Shown in pieces: positions 7,125-10,862 of a stretch of 10,862 bases of DNA (within the stretch, counting starts at the first letter, position 1; every line of letters starts with the position of its first letter). Both the position numbers and the translations under genes were made by a program. Source of the DNA: Candidatus Nanopusillus sp. (GTDB lineage: Archaea; Nanobdellota; Nanobdellia; Nanobdellales; Nanobdellaceae). The stretch spans positions 1 through 10,862 of the forward strand of contig DAIUEN010000020.1 of assembly GCA_036845085.1 (NCBI GenBank), read 5' to 3'. The notes under the pieces were generated by a model. That model searched no databases. It was not told the origin of the DNA and saw nothing but the letters and a program-made list of their open reading frames with translations.

Positions 7125-7862
7125 TTAATCTGAAGATCCTTCTCTCCTACCAGTTCTTCTTGAGCCATATTTACCATATTTTATAGGATATCCATGTTTT
7201 GGTAATGGAGTAATACCACCCTTATTTCTTTTATGCTTACCTCCGAATGGATGATCTGCAGCATTTCTCGCTATTGGTTTAGAAACTGGCCAATATCTAT
7301 GTTTAGATTTCATGTAGTAATATTTGTTTCCAGCTTTCACAAAGGGTTTATCAACTCTTCCTCCACCAGCAACAACTCCCAAAATTGCTCTAGAGTATAT
7401 ATTTATTTTCTTTATTTTACCAGAAGGTAATTTAACTATAGCATAATTTTCTGTTTTTTGAACTAGTATGGCAGCTGTACCAGAAGTCCTAACAAATTTT
7501 CCCCCATCTCCAGGATACTTTTCTATCATACATATTTTACTACCTTCTGGAATTTTAATTAGAGGCAATATATTTCCATTTTCTATTGGAGCATTTATTC
7601 CAGAATAAATTTCTTTACCAACATATATTCCTTCTACAGCAGGAATTAATATCTCAGACCCATCTTCAAACTTTACTTTTGCAAGAGGGGCAAAATGTGC
7701 TCTATCTTTTATTATATCAACAACTACACCTTTTATTTTATCATTCTTTTCTATATCATCATATTTTCTTAAAGATAAATCACCTGCTGAGTAAAAATCT
7801 AATGAAACATATACTTTACTACCCTTACCCCTTCTTTGTTGTGGTAAAGTATTACCACCCAT
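7125..7862 (-). CDS. rpl2: 50S ribosomal protein uL2
   Basis: MGGNTLPQQRRGKGS…, GGGRVDKPFVKAGNKYY, NAADHPFGG and a basic C-terminal tail. 245 aa. Confidence 0.95.
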   Translation of the reverse strand: MGGNTLPQQRRGKGSKVYVSLDFYSAGDLSLRKYDDIEKNDKIKGVVVDIIKDRAHFAPLAKVKFEDGSEILIPAVEGIYVGKEIYSGINAPIENGNILPLIKIPEGSKICMIEKYPGDGGKFVRTSGTAAILVQKTENYAIVKLPSGKIKKINIYSRAILGVVAGGGRVDKPFVKAGNKYYYMKSKHRYWPVSKPIARNAADHPFGGKHKRNKGGITPLPKHGYPIKYGKYGSRRTGRREGSSD

Positions 7863-7863
7863 T

Positions 7864-8124
7864 TTACATTAGACCCAATTTAGATAATACATCATGAGCC
7901 TTATAATTTTTATCTATCTTTACATACGCTTTTTTTCTCCCATCTGGCAGTATTAGTGTATTCACTTTTTCTACTTTAACATTAAATATTTTTTCAACAG
8001 CTTCTTTTATTTCCTTTTTATTTGATTTTCTATTTACTATAAAAACTACTTTATTTTCTTTATCTAACAACCTAAGATTCTTATCCGATAATTCAGCATA
8101 TAATATTACATCTTTAAGTTCCAT
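7864..8124 (-). CDS. rpl23: 50S ribosomal protein uL23
   Basis: 86 aa with VVFIVNRKSNKKEIKEAVEKIFNVKVEKVNTL…RKKAYVKI, the typical uL23 signature. It sits between uL4 and uL2 as in the conserved operon. Confidence 0.9.
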   Translation of the reverse strand: MELKDVILYAELSDKNLRLLDKENKVVFIVNRKSNKKEIKEAVEKIFNVKVEKVNTLILPDGRKKAYVKIDKNYKAHDVLSKLGLM

Positions 8125-8132
8125 TCTTTATT

Positions 8133-8957
8133 TTAAATATAAAAGTTTCTTAAATCTTCTATGGCCTTTTCACTCCATATTATAAATCTTCCTGCCTTTC
8201 CACCAGGAGCTAGTTTGTCAATATTTAAATTATCTACAGAAGTTATTTCTAATCCGTCGATAGATATATCTTTTACTTTAGAGTCTATAGACAAAACCAT
8301 TAAAATTCCCCTATATTTTTTTATACGTCTACCCCTCATTTTACCTTTACCAGCATTATTCTTTTTATTTTCTTTAACATATTCTATAAAATCTATTAAT
8401 TTAAATTTTTCTAAAACTTTTTCGAATTCTCTCGCTTTTTTTAGATCTTCTAATCCCGAAATAATTATAGGTAATCCGTAAGAATCTATAGCAGGTTTTA
8501 GATATTCAAAAGATTTAGTATATCTTTTAGTAATGTAATAAATATTAGATGATGCAGAAATTGCAGATCTTATAGCTAATAACTTTTCCTTTTTATTTAT
8601 TTTCCTACTCCAGTCTTTTTCTGGTTTTGGTGGATGGGCCCTTCTACCTTTTACAGCGTTAGGAATTACTCTAGCTACCCAAATAAAACCTCCAGAAACT
8701 CTAGCAAATATAGACCTAGGAACTCTTGAAATCCCTCTACCATATGAAGTTCTATAAGATCTTCTCCTCTTTGATGTCCAAGCAGAAGCTTCTAGACCGG
8801 CATATTTATAAGAGCCATATGGTTGTCTTGAGTTAAACATGTAAACCCTAAATGCTTTCCATATAATATCTTCCCTAACTGATTCCTTAAAATGTATTGG
8901 TAATTCTATTTCCTTAAGTTTTTTTCCTTCTTTATCATAAACAATCGCATGGTCCAT
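8133..8957 (-). CDS. rpl4: 50S ribosomal protein uL4 (archaeal L4/L1e type)
   Basis: SRQPYGS…AGLEASAWTS…GRGISRVPR…AVKGRRAHPPKPEKDWSRKINKKEKLLAIRSAISASS. 274 aa. ATG start with a TATA-like box about 27 nt upstream. Confidence 0.9.
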   Translation of the reverse strand: MDHAIVYDKEGKKLKEIELPIHFKESVREDIIWKAFRVYMFNSRQPYGSYKYAGLEASAWTSKRRRSYRTSYGRGISRVPRSIFARVSGGFIWVARVIPNAVKGRRAHPPKPEKDWSRKINKKEKLLAIRSAISASSNIYYITKRYTKSFEYLKPAIDSYGLPIIISGLEDLKKAREFEKVLEKFKLIDFIEYVKENKKNNAGKGKMRGRRIKKYRGILMVLSIDSKVKDISIDGLEITSVDNLNIDKLAPGGKAGRFIIWSEKAIEDLRNFYI

Positions 8958-8980
8958 GGGAATATCTTTTTAGTAAAAGT

Positions 8981-8996
8981 TATTTAAACTTTATAT
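8981..8996. promoter_or_regulatory. divergent promoter core: TATTTAAA (reads TTTAAATA on the minus strand) plus TTTATAT
   Basis: The minus-strand TTTAAATA (8988->8981) is centred about 28 nt from the uL4 ATG at 8957. The plus-strand TTTATAT (8990-8996) is centred about 27 nt from the ATG at 9020. A-rich BRE-like flanks lie on both sides. The spacing implies leaderless transcripts. Confidence 0.4.
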
Positions 8997-9019
8997 GGTA
9001 ACAATCTTATATTTAGTTT

Positions 9020-10672
9020 ATGAACAAAGCATGGATTACCATATTAAGAGAAAGTTTTAGAACTATATTAATAATATATATTTCTATTATAAGTTTGACA
9101 ATAGTTATCGGAATCTACATACCAACTCTCAAGATATATTATCCAGTTTTATATTTTGCTGCGATAATAGCAGTAATAGATGTTTTAGTTATACAATATT
9201 ATAAGTTAAAATATGAATTAGATAAAGACTTACTATTTTATATAACATATTTATATGCTCTATCATATGCTACGACCAATATCAGAAGACTATTTCAAAT
9301 AGCTACTGAAGAGGAAGATAGATTTAAAGCAATTAACAAAATAATGAAAAAAATTGTCGAAATAAGTGATAAATATAAATATACTTATCCAGAAGCTATT
9401 AGATATATAAAAAATTATATACCTAAAACTAATTTTAGAGATTTTATAGAAAAACTTGCTACCGCTATAGAAATAGGAGAAGATATATCGGAATTCTTGT
9501 ATAGAGAGTTTGAAAATCAAATATCAATTTATGAAACTAATTACAAAAAAAGTATAGAAAATATAAGATTACTACAGGAAGTAGTTTTATCTTTGTCGTC
9601 TTCATTAGCTTTTGCGTTAGCTACAATATTTTTTATACCATTTTTTTTAGATATAAATATCATATACCTACTTTTGGACTTCTTTATAATATTTATTGCT
9701 TCGAACATTTTGATATATTATATCTCGAAGTATTATATAATTGATGATAGTTTATGGGTTAAAAATAAAGATAAACCATTAGAATATAAAAGAGTGTACT
9801 ATTTTTTATATATTATACTACCCATAAGTATTTTACTTACAATATTATTCTCTAAAGATCTTCCAATAATAGCGGCTTTCGCGCTAGGAGTTTTACCTAT
9901 GAGTTATATAAGTTACAGAATTTCATTACTTGAAAATAAGCTAAAGAATAAAGAACTGGTATTACCAGAATTTTTCTCTTCTATAATAGGATATTCTGAG
10001 ATATATGGCAGTAATCAGACTAAAATAATAGATAATGTAAGAATACATGATTTTGGAAGCTTAAATGAAGATATTGAAAGATTATACAAAAGGATAGTTA
10101 TATCAAAAGATTACCAAAATTCTTGGTACTATTTTATTAGCGAATTGGGGAGTAATACTGCAGATAAAATAATAAGAGTATTCGAAAAAGTATTAGAATA
10201 TAGCGGAGATTCTAGGAAGGCAGGAGACATGCTATACAAAGTTTTAATAAAAATTAACGAATTGAGAAATACAAAAGCGCAATTTATATCAAATACAAAA
10301 GGATTTTTTTATGGAACATTTGTCGCTTTTTCCTCAGTTCTATTTGTAATATATCATATAATGTTAATTATGAATGACCTATTTAAATCTATAGCAACCG
10401 CACTACAAGCAGTAGAAACTCTAGGTCTTGTAGTAAATTTATATTTTATTAATATTTCATTTGATATACTACAACTATATATATCTTTATTGGTTATAAT
10501 AAAGGCTATAGTATTATCTTTATCTTTAAAAAATATAGAAGGTACCTCTAAACTAGGTATTTTTAAAGATCTTGCAATAATGATGGTAATAGCATCTCTA
10601 TTATATTTAGTAGTTAATTATTTCTTTGTAAATGTAGTAAGCGGATTATCTCCTATACAAATAAAAAGTTAG
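9020..10672 (+). CDS. FlaJ/TadC-like polytopic platform protein of an archaeal type IV pilus or archaellum (two T2SSF-like repeats)
   Basis: 550 aa with about 9 TM segments. Two cytoplasmic helical modules are each followed by TM helices. Module 1 is residues ~70-185 (…PEAIRYIKNYIPKTNFRDFIEKLATAIEIGEDISEFLYREF…). Module 2 is residues ~310-420 (LPEFFSSIIGYSEIYGSNQTKII…FGSLNEDIERLYKRIV…SELGSNTADKIIRVFEKVLEYSGDSRKAGDML). The pattern and size fit FlaJ/PilC-type T2SSF proteins. This is motif-level recognition only. Confidence 0.65.
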   Translation: MNKAWITILRESFRTILIIYISIISLTIVIGIYIPTLKIYYPVLYFAAIIAVIDVLVIQYYKLKYELDKDLLFYITYLYALSYATTNIRRLFQIATEEEDRFKAINKIMKKIVEISDKYKYTYPEAIRYIKNYIPKTNFRDFIEKLATAIEIGEDISEFLYREFENQISIYETNYKKSIENIRLLQEVVLSLSSSLAFALATIFFIPFFLDINIIYLLLDFFIIFIASNILIYYISKYYIIDDSLWVKNKDKPLEYKRVYYFLYIILPISILLTILFSKDLPIIAAFALGVLPMSYISYRISLLENKLKNKELVLPEFFSSIIGYSEIYGSNQTKIIDNVRIHDFGSLNEDIERLYKRIVISKDYQNSWYYFISELGSNTADKIIRVFEKVLEYSGDSRKAGDMLYKVLIKINELRNTKAQFISNTKGFFYGTFVAFSSVLFVIYHIMLIMNDLFKSIATALQAVETLGLVVNLYFINISFDILQLYISLLVIIKAIVLSLSLKNIEGTSKLGIFKDLAIMMVIASLLYLVVNYFFVNVVSGLSPIQIKS

Positions 10673-10862
10673 AGTTTGATTTTTCTATCTTTTGGAATGT
10701 AATCTTTTAATTCTTTGTTTTTTACTATTGCACTTCCCAAAAAATCATTTCCATCTTTTATGATATAGTATCCATCTTCCATATTTAGTTCTATTTTACT
10801 TATATTTTCAGACAAGTAAAAAATTTTTTCTTTATCTACATTAATAACTCTATAATTTGCAT
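10669..10862 (-). CDS. 3' end of a CDS that continues beyond the right window edge; product unknown
   Basis: The minus-strand frame phased from nt 10860 is open for 63 codons (ANYRVINVDKEKIFYLSENISKIELNMEDGYYIIKDGNDFLGSAIVKNKELKDYIPKDRKIKL) and ends at TAA (10669-10671). The tail DG..FLG.A.V.N.ELKDYIPKDRK vaguely recalls the C-terminal domain of NOL1/NOP2/Sun-type RNA m5C methyltransferases; that assignment has low confidence. Confidence 0.45.
   Translation of the reverse strand, partial: ANYRVINVDKEKIFYLSENISKIELNMEDGYYIIKDGNDFLGSAIVKNKELKDYIPKDRKIKL
10680..10684 (+). terminator. oligo-T (T5) tract 8 nt after the FlaJ-like stop, inside the convergent ORF
   Basis: The + strand reads TAG-agtttga-TTTTT. 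Confidence 0.25.

Noticed and set aside
7190-7260. The uL2 motif DHPFGG looked like loss of the conserved His of bacterial DHPHGG
   Set aside because: As I recall, archaeal uL2 (e.g. Haloarcula) naturally reads DHPFGG, so this is the normal archaeal form.
7233-7430. 65-aa + strand ORF antisense to uL2
   Set aside because: Shadow ORF inside uL2 with no independent signals.
7654-7762. Possible C/D-box sRNA: a perfect C box ATGATGA on the minus strand (7762->7756) with a CTGA (7657->7654) downstream
   Set aside because: The boxes are about 100 nt apart, whereas archaeal C/D sRNAs are about 50-70 nt. There are no C'/D' boxes or terminal stem, and the region lies inside the uL2 coding sequence. 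Other TGATGA words (1751, 1930, 3315, 6096, 9741 regions) are TTGATGA/CTGATGA hits in coding sequence without partners.
7586-7897. 103-aa + strand ORF antisense to uL2/uL23
   Set aside because: The translation is repetitive L/Q/H/Y nonsense (LLLQQELISQTHLQTLLLQ…). It spans the uL2/uL23 junction on the opposite strand, so I treat it as a shadow ORF.
8161-8481. 106-aa + strand ORF antisense to uL4
   Set aside because: Shadow ORF inside a conserved r-protein gene, with no start context.
9290-9520. 76-aa minus-strand ORF antisense to the FlaJ-like gene
   Set aside because: It is codon-aligned antisense to a long, well-supported CDS and its product is F/I/S/Y-rich. I treat it as a shadow ORF.
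1-10862. Stop-codon reassignment suggested by the NIKD variant of aRF1
   Set aside because: TAA (10 times), TAG (twice) and TGA (twice) all terminate ORFs at ends that agree with homologues. No conserved gene here needs read-through. There is no support for recoding in this window, though a genome-wide check is still worthwhile.

Overview
AT-rich (by eye about one quarter G+C), very gene-dense archaeal chromosome segment. Every product I can recognise is archaeal-type: GatE, class-I CCA-adding enzyme, aRF1, RadB, Rio1 kinase, uL4/uL23/uL2/uS2 and a FlaJ/TadC-like platform protein. Layout: the 3' part of gatE plus a HIT gene lie on the + strand. A 7.4-kb run of ten co-directional minus-strand genes follows (uL4-uL23-uL2-uS2 | orf116 - 8-TM membrane protein - Rio1 | aRF1 - CCA - RadB), with spacers from -8 to +54 nt. 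After that come a divergent FlaJ-like membrane gene and a convergent partial ORF at the right edge. I saw no rRNA, tRNA or split-tRNA genes, CRISPR arrays, mobile elements or long repeats; the largest non-coding gap is 62 nt. Composition, scrambled ribosomal-protein order and TATA-like boxes about 27 nt from start codons (leaderless mRNAs) suggest a reduced DPANN/Nanoarchaeota-like genome; this is inference only. The best candidate for something undescribed is the cassette at 4657-6448, bounded by a putative TATA box upstream and an oligo-T run downstream. An orphan 116-aa protein (amphipathic N-terminus, Lys/Arg-free Pro/Gln/Asn-rich spacer, heptad C-terminal helix) is translationally coupled there to an uncharacterised 8-TM membrane protein and a Rio1 kinase. 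Secondary points are an aRF1 with NIKD in place of NIKS and a short C-domain, a broken and re-joined r-protein cluster, an orphan pilus/archaellum platform gene behind a compact divergent promoter, and convergent genes with overlapping stop codons. All family calls rest on motifs recognised by eye; no database search was possible.
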